60,681 nt of DNA from Patescibacteria group bacterium (GCA_022868165.1 JALHYA010000004.1:149432-210112); one strand, 5' to 3'. Shown: positions 44,319-54,418, counted from the stretch's first letter. Made by a program: numbers and translations. Notes: generated from the sequence alone by a model not told the origin.

Positions 44319-45044
44319 ATGGCCCGATTGAGTAATCTGGATTATATGCGCAAAAAGAAAGCCAAAAAATCGTTTTTGAGGCTCGGTATTGGTGCGGCAG
44401 TTGTTGTACTTGTAGGTAGCCTATTTTTTCTTCTCAAGTCTTTCATGCCGCCTTGTGCCAATTCCATAAGCTGCATTAAAGACTTGTCGGGTAAATACGA
44501 GCCTCAGAAAGAAGGGGTGTTTTTGGGTCAAAAAGTTGCAGTGCCGGCATATGTGGCCGATGTAATGCCGAAATCGGTACTCGGGGAATCTATAGGGAGC
44601 AATAAACGTATTGAGGTTAACCTTAGCACACAGACGCTGTATGCCTACCAAAATAACAAGCTTGTTTATACATTTCCCGTTTCAACAGGAAAATGGTATC
44701 CCACGCCGACAGGGGAATTCCATATATGGGTTAAGCTTCGCTATACGCTCATGACAGGCGGTAATCAGGCATGGGGAACATATTATTACCTTCCCAACGT
44801 TCCTTTTGTGATGTTTTATTACAACGACCAAATTATTAAATACAGAGGTTTTAGCCTCCACGGCACCTATTGGCACCATAATTTTGGCCACCCCATGAGC
44901 CATGGATGCATAAATATGCGGACGGAAGATGCCCAAACCTTGTTTTATTGGACTAATCCGGTGACAACCGGAAATCTTACTTATGCTACCAAGGACGATC
45001 CCGGTACTCTAATTGTTATATACGGTACCACCCCAGCCGAATAG
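44319..45044 (+). CDS. L,D-transpeptidase (YkuD domain)
   Basis: Catalytic motif LHGTYWHHNFGHPMSHGCINM. N-terminal TM anchor. Confidence 0.9.
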   Translation: MARLSNLDYMRKKKAKKSFLRLGIGAAVVVLVGSLFFLLKSFMPPCANSISCIKDLSGKYEPQKEGVFLGQKVAVPAYVADVMPKSVLGESIGSNKRIEVNLSTQTLYAYQNNKLVYTFPVSTGKWYPTPTGEFHIWVKLRYTLMTGGNQAWGTYYYLPNVPFVMFYYNDQIIKYRGFSLHGTYWHHNFGHPMSHGCINMRTEDAQTLFYWTNPVTTGNLTYATKDDPGTLIVIYGTTPAE

Positions 45045-45083
45045 TGGCCTTTCAGCTTTGATTTTGCTACAATTGTGCCGCAC

Positions 45084-45156
45084 GGCGCCATCGTCTAGTG
45101 GCCCAGGACACCAGGTTCTCATCCTGGTAACCCCGGTTCAAATCCGGGTGGCGTCA
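45084..45156 (+). tRNA. tRNA-Glu (anticodon CUC)
   Basis: A 73-nt cloverleaf folded by hand. Anticodon loop UUCUCAU. D-arm GTCTAGTGGCCCAGGAC. T-loop GGTTCAAATCC. Confidence 0.9.
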
Positions 45157-45160
45157 CAAA

Positions 45161-45186
45161 ATGCCGAGCTAACGGCATAATCTTTT
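45161..45186 (+). terminator. Hairpin ATGCCG-agctaa-CGGCAT plus T-rich tail after tRNA-Glu
   Basis: 6-bp stem followed by aaTCTTTT. Confidence 0.5.
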
Positions 45187-45193
45187 AGCTTCC

Positions 45194-45222
45194 TTGACAA
45201 AGCTGGGAAATACATTTAAAAT
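45194..45222 (+). promoter_or_regulatory. greA promoter TTGACA-N17-TAAAAT
   Basis: Hexamers at 45194-45199 and 45217-45222. Confidence 0.55.
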
Positions 45223-45243
45223 TCCCTCTTGTAACATATTTTT

Positions 45244-45279
45244 CCCTCCCACCTATTACGAAAGGGGGGGATATTTTTT
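45244..45279 (+). promoter_or_regulatory. Terminator-like hairpin in the greA leader (CCCTCCC-N13-GGGGGGG, then ATATTTTTT)
   Basis: Lies between the predicted -10 and the greA ATG at 45285. Confidence 0.45.
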
Positions 45280-45284
45280 GAGAT

Positions 45285-45746
45285 ATGCCAAATCAAGTGC
45301 AACTTACAAAAGAAGGTTTTCAAGAACTCAAAGTCGAGCTCGAAAAGCTGGTGGAGGTAAAACGCCCCAGGCTTGTCGAGCGTATTTCCAATGCCAGACA
45401 ACAGGGAGACCTTTCCGAAAACAGCGATTATGCCAACGCCAAGGAGGAATTGGAATTTCTTGATGGCAGAATTGACGAGCTTGAGGGTGTAATAAAAAAC
45501 GCTCAAATTGTTCACGGCAACGGCAAAAAAGAAGGCATCGGTATAGGCACAAAAGTTACGCTTAAAGCCAACGGCAAGTCTAATGTTTTCGAAATAGTAG
45601 GCGATTGGGAAGCAGACCCCATAAATAAAAAGATTTCTCCCGATTCTCCTTTGGGCATGGCCCTGGTAGGCAAGAAGATTGGAGAAAAAGTTTCAGTAGA
45701 GGCTCCGGCCGGCAAGGTTACATACGAAATCCTCGCAATAGAGTAA
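45285..45746 (+). CDS. greA: Transcription elongation factor GreA
   Basis: Coiled-coil N-domain with DLSENSDYANAKEE. C-terminal FKBP-like domain ISPDSPLGMALVGKKIGE. Confidence 0.92.
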   Translation: MPNQVQLTKEGFQELKVELEKLVEVKRPRLVERISNARQQGDLSENSDYANAKEELEFLDGRIDELEGVIKNAQIVHGNGKKEGIGIGTKVTLKANGKSNVFEIVGDWEADPINKKISPDSPLGMALVGKKIGEKVSVEAPAGKVTYEILAIE

Positions 45747-45770
45747 CTCCTTTGCTACAATAGCCTCAAT

Positions 45771-47336
45771 ATGCACTGGGCCGACAAAATTGCCCAAGAG
45801 ATAGTTTCTTCAGGGAAATATAAGCCTTATTGGGTGGATGATATGAAGACCCCATCCGGGTTTGCCCACGTAGGCTCTTTAAGGGGCCCCCTTATACATA
45901 GCTTAATATTTAGAGCTCTTAAAGATGTAGGAGTCGAAGCCAGATTTACTTTCGTTATCAATGATTTTGATACTGTGGACGAGCTTCCGTCCGACCTTAA
46001 AGAAAGCTTCGCCAAGTATATGGGATTTCCTCTCAGGGCGACTCCATCTCCAAAAGATGGATATAAAAGCTACGCTGAATACTTTGCTCAAGACTTCAAA
46101 AACAACTTTAAGGATTTGGGGGTAGAGGCGCAGTTTCTTTCCTCTTGGGATATGTACCACGAGGGGAAATTTGACGAAGTTATCAAGATGGCTTTGGATA
46201 GCAGCGAAAAGATTCAGGATATCTACCAAAAAATTTCAGGCAGCAGAAAAAAGGAAAAAGGCTGGCTTCCTTTCCAGGTAATTTGCGAGAATTGCGGCAA
46301 GCTTGGAACTACCAGAGTCTATGCCTGGGACGGCAAAGAAGTCTCGTATAAATGCGAGCCCAATATGGTAGCTTGGGCCAAAGGTTGTGGGCACGAAGGG
46401 AAAATTTCCCCTTTCGGTGGAAAGGGGAAATTGCCTTGGAAAGTCGATTGGGCTGCACACTGGAAGGTAATGGGGGTAACAATCGAGGCTGCCGGAAAAG
46501 ACCACGCATCCAAAGGGGGTTCATACGATATTGCTTTAACTCTTTGCGATGAGGTTTTTGGCTATCCACGACCTTTTAATTTCGGTTATGAATTCTTTCT
46601 TATTGGGGGGAAGAAAATGTCTTCTTCGAAGGGGTTGGGACTGAAGGCCCATGACTTGGTCAAAATAATGCCGGCTGAGCTCGGAAGGTTTGTCTTTACA
46701 AGAACAAACTACAAAGAGCAAATCGAATTCGACCTAATGGGGACTATGGCAATTCCCGATTTGTTTGACGAGTACGATGAGGCTTGGCAGGCATATGTAG
46801 CGGGTACCGATGAAAATTTGGCGAGAACTTTTATCCTGTCGCAAATTTCCGAAGTTCCTGCAAAAAATCCTATCTTCTTACCTCGCTTTAGAGATATTGC
46901 CAATTACTTACAGCTTCCCGATGTTGATCTTCTTAAAAAATTTGAGGAAGGAAAGGGTTCTCCACTTTCGGAGAAAGAGAAAGAAATTCTAAAAGAGAGA
47001 GAAAAATATGCCAAAGTTTGGCTGGAAAACTATGCACCGGAGGAATTCAGAGAACAAATGTCGGGAAAATTGCCTGTGGAAGCCAAGAAATTGAGCTCCG
47101 AGCAAAAATCATATCTTGGCAAAATTATTAAACTGGTCGATAAAGCTTCGAATCCTGACGATTTACAAAAGGATTTATACGAGCTGTCGAAAGAAACGGG
47201 AATAAAAACCAAAGAAGCATTCTCTGCCATATATTTGGCATTTATCGGCAAGGACCACGGCCCGCGCGCGGCTTGGTTTTTACTCCAGTATCCTAAAGGA
47301 AAAGTTTTGGCTCGGCTTAAGGAAGCTTCCAAATGA
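45771..47336 (+). CDS. lysS: Lysine--tRNA ligase, class I
   Basis: Class-I architecture: HVGSLRG (HIGH-like), KMSSSKG (KMSKS), about 520 aa. No class-II motifs. Confidence 0.9.
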   Translation: MHWADKIAQEIVSSGKYKPYWVDDMKTPSGFAHVGSLRGPLIHSLIFRALKDVGVEARFTFVINDFDTVDELPSDLKESFAKYMGFPLRATPSPKDGYKSYAEYFAQDFKNNFKDLGVEAQFLSSWDMYHEGKFDEVIKMALDSSEKIQDIYQKISGSRKKEKGWLPFQVICENCGKLGTTRVYAWDGKEVSYKCEPNMVAWAKGCGHEGKISPFGGKGKLPWKVDWAAHWKVMGVTIEAAGKDHASKGGSYDIALTLCDEVFGYPRPFNFGYEFFLIGGKKMSSSKGLGLKAHDLVKIMPAELGRFVFTRTNYKEQIEFDLMGTMAIPDLFDEYDEAWQAYVAGTDENLARTFILSQISEVPAKNPIFLPRFRDIANYLQLPDVDLLKKFEEGKGSPLSEKEKEILKEREKYAKVWLENYAPEEFREQMSGKLPVEAKKLSSEQKSYLGKIIKLVDKASNPDDLQKDLYELSKETGIKTKEAFSAIYLAFIGKDHGPRAAWFLLQYPKGKVLARLKEASK

Positions 47337-47899
47337 TAAGCCGCGAACAGGCATTAAAACTACTCCACGATAATATGCAATCTCTTAATTTGAGAAGGCA
47401 TTGCTATGCGGTTGAGGCGGTAATGCTCGCTCTAGCTCACAAATTTCAAATACCAAATGATAAATGTCAAATTTGGGGTGTTGTCGGGCTAGTGCATGAT
47501 ATCGACTACGAGAAATATCCGGATACCCATCCTCTGGAGGGTATTAAGATTCTGAAGAAAGAAAACTATCCGCAAGAGATTATAGATGCTGTTGCGGCGC
47601 ACGGCTGGAGTTATAGAGAAGGTTTACCGATGCCAAAAAATAATTTACAGTGGTCGCTTTATTGTTGTGATGAGTTGACAGGTTTTATTGTAGCTTGTGC
47701 CTTGGTCCGGCCCGAAAAAAAGCTTAACCTAGTCAATGTTGCTTCTATTCAGAAGAAATGGAAGCAAAAGGCTTTCGCGGCAGGGGTTAAAAGAGAACAA
47801 ATCGAAGAATGCGAAAAGCGCCTTGGAATTCCCTTAAAAGAATTTATTGAAATTGCTTTGACAGCAATGCAAGGAAATTCAGACGATTTAGGGCTATGA
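47333..47899 (+). CDS. HD domain phosphohydrolase
   Basis: H...HD motif (RRHCYAVE ... LVHDIDYEKY). ATGA overlap with lysS. Confidence 0.8.
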   Translation: MISREQALKLLHDNMQSLNLRRHCYAVEAVMLALAHKFQIPNDKCQIWGVVGLVHDIDYEKYPDTHPLEGIKILKKENYPQEIIDAVAAHGWSYREGLPMPKNNLQWSLYCCDELTGFIVACALVRPEKKLNLVNVASIQKKWKQKAFAAGVKREQIEECEKRLGIPLKEFIEIALTAMQGNSDDLGL

Positions 47900-48504
47900 G
47901 AATTGAACGGTTAGTAATCGGTTCCACCAATCCTGCCAAAGTAGAGGAATGGGAACATTTTCTAGAGAGATTTAACGTAAAAGGGATTGGCGATTTGGGG
48001 AATTTTCCCGAACCACGCGAGGCCGGACGTACTTTTACCGAAAACGCCATAATTAAAGCCACACATTATGCAAAAATTACGGGAGAATTTGCTTTTAGCG
48101 AGGATGGTGGTTATGAAGTTGATGCCTTGGGCGGAGCACCGGGCGTCAGAAGCAGAAGAATCTTACCTGGAGACAAGGATGGAACCGATCAGGAGCTAAT
48201 AGATTATATTCTCGAAAAATTAAGGGGTTTGCCTCACGAAAAACGAGGAGTGAAACTTTCATTTGTTGCTGCGGTGTCGGACCCGGAGGGTAAGACTATT
48301 TTCTTAAAAGGCAATTCTTTAGCGGGCATTGTAGCCGAGAAGCCGGGACCGGTTAGAATTGAAGGCTATCCTTTTAGGACAATTCATTTGATTCCTGAAC
48401 TTGGTAAAACCTATGCGGAGCTAACAGCCGAAGAACACGAAAAATATAATCACAAGAGGCCGGTAGCCGAAAAACTGGTCAAGTTTTTGATAGAATACAG
48501 ATAA
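47896..48504 (+). CDS. rdgB: Non-canonical purine NTP pyrophosphatase (RdgB/HAM1 family)
   Basis: GSTNPAKVEEW, FSEDGGYEVDALGGAPGVRS, and the C-terminal NHKRPV region. Confidence 0.85.
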   Translation: MRIERLVIGSTNPAKVEEWEHFLERFNVKGIGDLGNFPEPREAGRTFTENAIIKATHYAKITGEFAFSEDGGYEVDALGGAPGVRSRRILPGDKDGTDQELIDYILEKLRGLPHEKRGVKLSFVAAVSDPEGKTIFLKGNSLAGIVAEKPGPVRIEGYPFRTIHLIPELGKTYAELTAEEHEKYNHKRPVAEKLVKFLIEYR

Positions 48505-49769
48505 TGCTGGATATCCAATTTATCCGAGATAATACGGATAAGGTTAAAAAAGGCCTAGAAAAGAGGCTTTTTCCCGACGTAGAGCTGGTGAATAAAGTAT
48601 TGGATCTCGATGAAAAGAAACGAAAACTAATCGTAGAAGTAGAAGATCTTCGCGCACAAAGGAATAAGGCCGCAGCAGAAAAAGATATAGAAACGGGTAA
48701 AAAGATAAAGGATAAACTTTCTTCTAGCGAGCCCGAGCTGGAGAAAATTGAAAAAGAACTTAAAGGAGTACTTCTTAATATTCCCAATGTTCCCCTCAGT
48801 GATGTACCCGAAGGTCCGGAAGAGAACAAAAAGATTCTTCGCAAGGTAGGAGAACCGAAACGATTCGATTTTACTCCGAAAGACCATCTTGAGCTGGGAA
48901 CCGCTCTTGGAATTATCGATGTCGAAAGGGCATCTAAAATTTCTGGTACGCGGTTTGCCTATCTTAAGGGTGGTGCGGCTCTTTTGGAGTTGGCTTTAAT
49001 CAATTTTGCGATGGAGAAGCTGATAAAAAATGGATTCACGCCGGTTTTTCCACCGATGCTTATTAAGAAAGAAATAACTGATCAACTGGGGTATTGGCAT
49101 GGAGGTGGAAATGCCAATTATTACTATGTACTTGATTTTATCGAGGAAGAAGGCGGAAAAGAATTACAGAACCCTCTCTATTTGGTTGGAACAGGTGAGC
49201 ATTCAGTTGTTCCAATGCACAGCGGCGAGGTTTTAAATGAAAGAGATCTTCCCAAAAAATATGTTGCTTTTTCGAGCTGTTTTAGAAGAGAGGCTGGGTC
49301 TTATGGAAAAGATACCAAGGGGATTTTGAGAGTTCACCAATTCGATAAAGTAGAAATGGTAGTTTATTCCAAACCAGAAGACGACAAAGAAATACACGAA
49401 AAAATGCTTTCGTATTCCGAAAGTTTAATGAAAGATTTGGGATTACCATATCAGGTTGTTGTGCTCGCGGCAGGGGATATTGGCTTCCCTACAGCAAAAA
49501 CAATAGACATAGAAACTTGGCTACCCGGACAGGGAAAATACAGAGAAACCCATTCAATTTCCACAACAACGGACTATCAAGCTAGGAGATTAAATATAAA
49601 GTACAAGTCAACCGAGGGAAATAAATTTGTGCATATCTTAAACGGAACAGCATTCGCTATTGGTCGCACAATTATTGCGATTTTGGAAAATTATCAACAA
49701 AAAGACGGTTCCGTCGAAGTTCCCGAAGTTCTTCGTAAATGGGTCGGCAAGGACAAAATTACCGCTTAG
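48504..49769 (+). CDS. serS: Serine--tRNA ligase
   Basis: N-terminal coiled coil. Class-II motifs FRREAGSYGKDTKGILRVHQF and LNGTAFAIGRTIIAILEN. Confidence 0.95.
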   Translation: MLDIQFIRDNTDKVKKGLEKRLFPDVELVNKVLDLDEKKRKLIVEVEDLRAQRNKAAAEKDIETGKKIKDKLSSSEPELEKIEKELKGVLLNIPNVPLSDVPEGPEENKKILRKVGEPKRFDFTPKDHLELGTALGIIDVERASKISGTRFAYLKGGAALLELALINFAMEKLIKNGFTPVFPPMLIKKEITDQLGYWHGGGNANYYYVLDFIEEEGGKELQNPLYLVGTGEHSVVPMHSGEVLNERDLPKKYVAFSSCFRREAGSYGKDTKGILRVHQFDKVEMVVYSKPEDDKEIHEKMLSYSESLMKDLGLPYQVVVLAAGDIGFPTAKTIDIETWLPGQGKYRETHSISTTTDYQARRLNIKYKSTEGNKFVHILNGTAFAIGRTIIAILENYQQKDGSVEVPEVLRKWVGKDKITA

Positions 49770-50919
49770 TATAGTATTTTTTGCCGCTTAATTTTTCCGG
49801 CAAATAGCTTTCTTTGTCGTATTTCTCATAGCCTTCGCCGTAGCCGATTTCTTTCATTAATTTTGTGACGGGGTTTCGGATTTTTAAAGGAACAGGGAGA
49901 TTGCCCAATTTACGGACATCGCTTAATGCTGACACATAAGCGTTATAAGCCGATCTGTCTTTCCTCGCCAAAGCCAAATAGACTACTCCGGCTGCCAAAT
50001 TTTCCTGACATTCGGGGTAACCAATAGTTTCACAAGCTCTGAAAACCTCATTGGCAACAACCAAAGCGGTAGGAGAAGCAACATCCTCTGAAGCAAAAAC
50101 AACCATTCGTCGTGCGATATATAAAGGGTCCTGCCCCGCCTCAACCATTCGGGCCAGATAGTAAAGTGCCGCGTCAACATCGCTAGCCCGCATGGATTTA
50201 ATAAATGCCGAAATTACGTTGTAATATTCCTCGCCTTTCTTATCAAAAGAAAGCTGTCTTTTTTGCAGCGCCTGTTCGATGATTTTAGTGGTCAATGGCC
50301 GACGGCCAATGGTTAAGTTCGAAGCGATTTCCAGTACATTGAGCATTACTCTGGCATCGCCGTTTGAGGATTGAAGTAAAAATTTCTTGGCTTCCGTGCC
50401 CAATTTAATTTTGAGTAACTTTACTCCTCGTTCAATTATTTTATTCAATTCCTTTTCCGATAGCTGATTTAGGATTAAAACTCTAGTTCTGGAAAGGAGC
50501 GGTCCGATTACTTCAAAAGACGGATTTTCGGTTGTCGAGCCAATAAGAGTTATGTCGCCCCGCTCAACAAAAGGGAGTAGTTTATCTTGCTGGGCTTTAT
50601 TAAATCTATGTATTTCATCAATTAGAATTACCGGCGGAAATAATGTCCCGGCCTTCATAATTTTTTGGATATCTTTTATCGAAACCGATACTGCGGAGAA
50701 TTCGAAATACTGTCTTTTCAATTCCAATGCAATAATTCGGGCCAAAGTAGTTTTCCCGGAACCAGGCGGACCCCAAAAAATAAGAGAAGGAAAGAACCCG
50801 TTTTCTTTTGCGGTCGAAAGAAGTCTTGTAATTACTCCGTCGGCGCCAACTAAATGTTTTTGCCCTACAAAGCCGGAGAGCTTTTTTGGCCGGAGTTTTT
50901 CGGGTAGCGGGATAGCCAT
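49759..50919 (-). CDS. rarA: Replication-associated recombination protein A (MgsA/RarA)
   Basis: Walker A GPPGSGKTTLA, Walker B ILIDEIHRFNK, C-terminal MgsA domain. Confidence 0.9.
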   Translation of the reverse strand: MAIPLPEKLRPKKLSGFVGQKHLVGADGVITRLLSTAKENGFFPSLIFWGPPGSGKTTLARIIALELKRQYFEFSAVSVSIKDIQKIMKAGTLFPPVILIDEIHRFNKAQQDKLLPFVERGDITLIGSTTENPSFEVIGPLLSRTRVLILNQLSEKELNKIIERGVKLLKIKLGTEAKKFLLQSSNGDARVMLNVLEIASNLTIGRRPLTTKIIEQALQKRQLSFDKKGEEYYNVISAFIKSMRASDVDAALYYLARMVEAGQDPLYIARRMVVFASEDVASPTALVVANEVFRACETIGYPECQENLAAGVVYLALARKDRSAYNAYVSALSDVRKLGNLPVPLKIRNPVTKLMKEIGYGEGYEKYDKESYLPEKLSGKKYYTKR

Positions 50920-50989
50920 GGCAAGGCCATTCTACACCCCCGCTTCCGCTAAAGCTACGTCGGGCAGGCAAAGAAGATTCCTATATAAT

Positions 50990-51640
50990 ATGGTTGTGGA
51001 AATTTTGCCTATAAACAAAGTTCTTGAGGAAACGACATCTCCAATAAACGGCAAAATTAGAGTTGTCAGAAGCTTAGGTCTGGGAACATATATCCAAGTT
51101 GAGAACCTAACCCAGTCTGGCGGAGTTGTGTACGAAGTGTGGCGAAGCACACTTCGGACTATTAACCATCAACAATTAACAATTAACAATTGCCTAATTC
51201 TCGGTTTGGGAGGAGGGTCGGCAGCAAAACTCGTTAAGAAATATTGGCCCCAGGCAGAAATTACGGGTGTTGACATCGACCCGACAATGGTAGAACTGGG
51301 GAAAAAATATCTGGGACTTCCGGATATAAAAACTGTTATCGATGATGCAGAAAATTTTTTATTAACCATTAGTCATCGGCCATCAGCCATTAAATATGAT
51401 TTGATTTTGATAGATACGTATCTGGGAGATAATTTTCCTAAAAAGTTCGAGAGAGACGATTTTTTGGTTCGGATAAAACATCTGCTTTCACCTAACGGAT
51501 TGGCAGTTTTTAATCGACTTTATTATGGGGATAAAAGAGGAGAAGCAATGAGGTTTGCATCAAAACTGGAGAAGGCTTTCTCTAAAGTGAAATATGTCTT
51601 CCCCGAGGCCAACGTAATGTTTGTCTGTTACAATAAATAG
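50990..51640 (+). CDS. Spermidine synthase-like methyltransferase
   Basis: ILGLGGGSAAK ... ITGVDIDPTMVELGKKYLG ... DLILIDTY. The start is at MVVEILP. The longer track ORF (50552) is antisense to rarA. Confidence 0.75.
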   Translation: MVVEILPINKVLEETTSPINGKIRVVRSLGLGTYIQVENLTQSGGVVYEVWRSTLRTINHQQLTINNCLILGLGGGSAAKLVKKYWPQAEITGVDIDPTMVELGKKYLGLPDIKTVIDDAENFLLTISHRPSAIKYDLILIDTYLGDNFPKKFERDDFLVRIKHLLSPNGLAVFNRLYYGDKRGEAMRFASKLEKAFSKVKYVFPEANVMFVCYNK

Positions 51641-51658
51641 GCGTAGTATTAAAACTTC

Positions 51659-54352
51659 ATGCTAAATATTTTTTCCAAAATTTTGGATTTGAATCAGCGG
51701 GAAGTCGAAAGACTTTCTAAAGTTGCAGAGAAAATTAATTTACACGAAGGCAGAATTAAAAAGCTCGAAGATAAAGACTTTGCCAAAAAAACCGAAGAAT
51801 TGAAACAAAGATTGGCAAAGGGCGAAGAACTCGAAGATATTCGTCCCGAAGCTTTTGCACTGGCCAGAGAAGCCTCTTGGCGCGCAATCGGATTAAGACC
51901 ATTTGATGTCCAAATGATGGCTGCAACGGCTCTTTTTGAAGGCAAAGTTGCCGAGCAGAAGACCGGAGAAGGAAAAACTCTTTCGGCTGTTCCCGCATTA
52001 TATCTCCGCGCACTTAAAGGCAAAGGTGCCCATCTTGTTACTGTTAATGATTATTTGGCCCGAAGGGATGCGGGATGGAACGGCCCGATTTTTCATATGT
52101 TGGGGCTTTCTGTCGGCTCCATAATTCAGGAGAATAAATCTTTCCGCTACGACCCCGAATATGTTGATAACAGTCATGGAGATGAACGATTGGCGCATCT
52201 TAAGCCGTCTTCACGCAAAGAAGCATACGAGGCGGACATTATTTACGGAACCAACAACGAGTTCGGTTTTGATTATCTTCGCGACAATATGGTTTCAACG
52301 CTCGAAGAGATGGTGCAAAGGGGACATTACTATGCTGTTGTTGATGAGGTTGACTCGGTTTTAATCGATGAAGCCCGCACCCCTTTGATTATTTCGGCTC
52401 CCGATACCGAACCTACGGATAAATACTATAAATTTGCGTCTTTAATCGAAAAACTCAATGCGGACACCGATTACACAATCGACGAGAAGGCAAAAAGCGC
52501 CTCGCTAACCGAGCGCGGAATCGAAAGAGTTGAAAAAGTTTTGGGGGTAGATAATCTTTACGAAAAGGATTTTGACTCGATTCATCACATCGAGAATGCC
52601 CTTCGTGCACGCACCCTTTATCTTCGCGATAGGGATTATGTAATCAAAGACAATCAAGTAATTATCGTCGATGAATTTACCGGAAGACTCATGATCGGGA
52701 GGCGCTGGAGCGACGGACTTCATCAAGCAGTAGAGGCAAAAGAACAGGTTACTATTCAGCAGGAATCAAAAACTCTGGCAACGATTTCTTTTCAGAATTA
52801 CTTCAGGATGTACGACCATCTTGCGGGAATGACCGGAACTGCGGCAACAGAGGCGGAAGAGTTTAGGAAAATTTATAAATTGGACGTTGTCGTAATTCCT
52901 ACGCACAAAGCGATGGTAAGAAAGGATAATGCGGATGTAATTTACAAAACTTTGCGTGGCAAATACGGCTCGATTGTTGCCGCGATTGAAGAGATGCACA
53001 AAAACGGGCAACCGGTTTTGGTCGGCACGACTTCTATCGATAAAAACGAAATAATTGCGGAGTATCTCAAGCGCAAGAAAATTCCCCACAACGTTCTTAA
53101 TGCCAAAAACCACGAACGTGAGGCCTCAATTATCGCCGATGCGGGAAAGTTGGGAGCAGTAACAGTTGCTACAAACATGGCAGGTCGAGGTGTCGATATT
53201 GTTTTGGGAGGCGCCGTACCCGATAGACCGGCAGGTGTAGGCCAGGAGAAATTTGAACAAAGTCTGGCTTACAAAAAATGGAGAGAACTTCACGAAAGAG
53301 TGGTAAAGGCCGGCGGACTTCATGTAATCGGAACCGAAAGACACGAATCACGAAGAATTGACAACCAGCTTCGCGGCCGTTCTGGACGCCAGGGAGACCC
53401 TGGTTCTTCACGCTTTTATCTTTCCTTGGAGGATGATTTGATGAGGATTTTCGGCGGAGAACAAATTAAAAATTTGATGGATAGATTGAGCCTTCCCGAA
53501 AACCAGCCGATTGAGAATGCCCTGGTTTCAAGAGCAATCGAACAGGCCCAAGTTAAAGTTGAGGGATTCCACTTTGATATCAGAAAGCGCTTGGTTGAGT
53601 TTGACGATGTAGCGAATCAGCAAAGGGAAATTATCTATAAACTTCGAAGACGTGTTCTGGATTCCACCGATATCAAAGAAGAGGTTCTTGAGAAAATTAA
53701 AAATCAGATAGACAGGATTTTGCTTCTTGCCTGGCCGGAAATGGGCAGCCCCGATTATGAAAAAATTGCTGTCGGACTACTGGAAATAGTTCCTTTCGAC
53801 GATGCTTCTTTTAAACAATTTGAAAAAGAGCTGGATAAATACAAAGGCAAAGAAGAGATAAAAGACTTTCTTCTCCATGTTATAGATAATATTCATAAAA
53901 CCCGCGAGGAGCAGGTACGACCGGAAGTTATGCGCCAGATAGAAAAATATGCTTATTTGGGTTCGATCGACCACTGGTGGATCGAACACATTGACCAGAT
54001 TGATGATTTAAGGGAAGGTGTAAGCCTTAGAGCCTATGGCCAAAGGGATCCTCTTATAGAGTTTAAAAACGAGGCTTACGATTTGTTTGAAAGTTTGATA
54101 GACAGAATTGATGCGGAGCTGTCTCGGAGGCTCTTTAGAATAGGTGTTGCTCCTGCCCCTGAAATTCCGCTGGCGCAGGCCAGAGAAAATATTGATACTT
54201 CGGATACGACCGGACTTGCGGGAAATGCCGACAAGACGGCAAAGACCGGAGAGCCGGCTTTTGCCAATAAGAAAAAAATCGGTAGAAATGACCCTTGCTG
54301 GTGTGGTAGCGGAAAGAAATGGAAACGTTGTCATTACCCACAGTTAGGGTAG
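51659..54352 (+). CDS. secA: Preprotein translocase ATPase SecA
   Basis: DEAD motor motifs (TGEGKT, DEVDS), and the C-terminal zinc-binding tail CWCGSGKKWKRCH. Confidence 0.97.
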   Translation: MLNIFSKILDLNQREVERLSKVAEKINLHEGRIKKLEDKDFAKKTEELKQRLAKGEELEDIRPEAFALAREASWRAIGLRPFDVQMMAATALFEGKVAEQKTGEGKTLSAVPALYLRALKGKGAHLVTVNDYLARRDAGWNGPIFHMLGLSVGSIIQENKSFRYDPEYVDNSHGDERLAHLKPSSRKEAYEADIIYGTNNEFGFDYLRDNMVSTLEEMVQRGHYYAVVDEVDSVLIDEARTPLIISAPDTEPTDKYYKFASLIEKLNADTDYTIDEKAKSASLTERGIERVEKVLGVDNLYEKDFDSIHHIENALRARTLYLRDRDYVIKDNQVIIVDEFTGRLMIGRRWSDGLHQAVEAKEQVTIQQESKTLATISFQNYFRMYDHLAGMTGTAATEAEEFRKIYKLDVVVIPTHKAMVRKDNADVIYKTLRGKYGSIVAAIEEMHKNGQPVLVGTTSIDKNEIIAEYLKRKKIPHNVLNAKNHEREASIIADAGKLGAVTVATNMAGRGVDIVLGGAVPDRPAGVGQEKFEQSLAYKKWRELHERVVKAGGLHVIGTERHESRRIDNQLRGRSGRQGDPGSSRFYLSLEDDLMRIFGGEQIKNLMDRLSLPENQPIENALVSRAIEQAQVKVEGFHFDIRKRLVEFDDVANQQREIIYKLRRRVLDSTDIKEEVLEKIKNQIDRILLLAWPEMGSPDYEKIAVGLLEIVPFDDASFKQFEKELDKYKGKEEIKDFLLHVIDNIHKTREEQVRPEVMRQIEKYAYLGSIDHWWIEHIDQIDDLREGVSLRAYGQRDPLIEFKNEAYDLFESLIDRIDAELSRRLFRIGVAPAPEIPLAQARENIDTSDTTGLAGNADKTAKTGEPAFANKKKIGRNDPCWCGSGKKWKRCHYPQLG

Positions 54353-54418
54353 AAACGTTGACATCCTGAGTGAAATCGAATGGATGGAAGAAATGTCACT
54401 ATCCCCAATTAGGTTAGA

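Noticed and set aside
50552-50989. N-terminal 146 codons of the 362-aa plus-strand ORF
   Set aside because: This part is antisense to the well-supported rarA gene and has no recognisable features. The methyltransferase fold starts after the Met at 50990.
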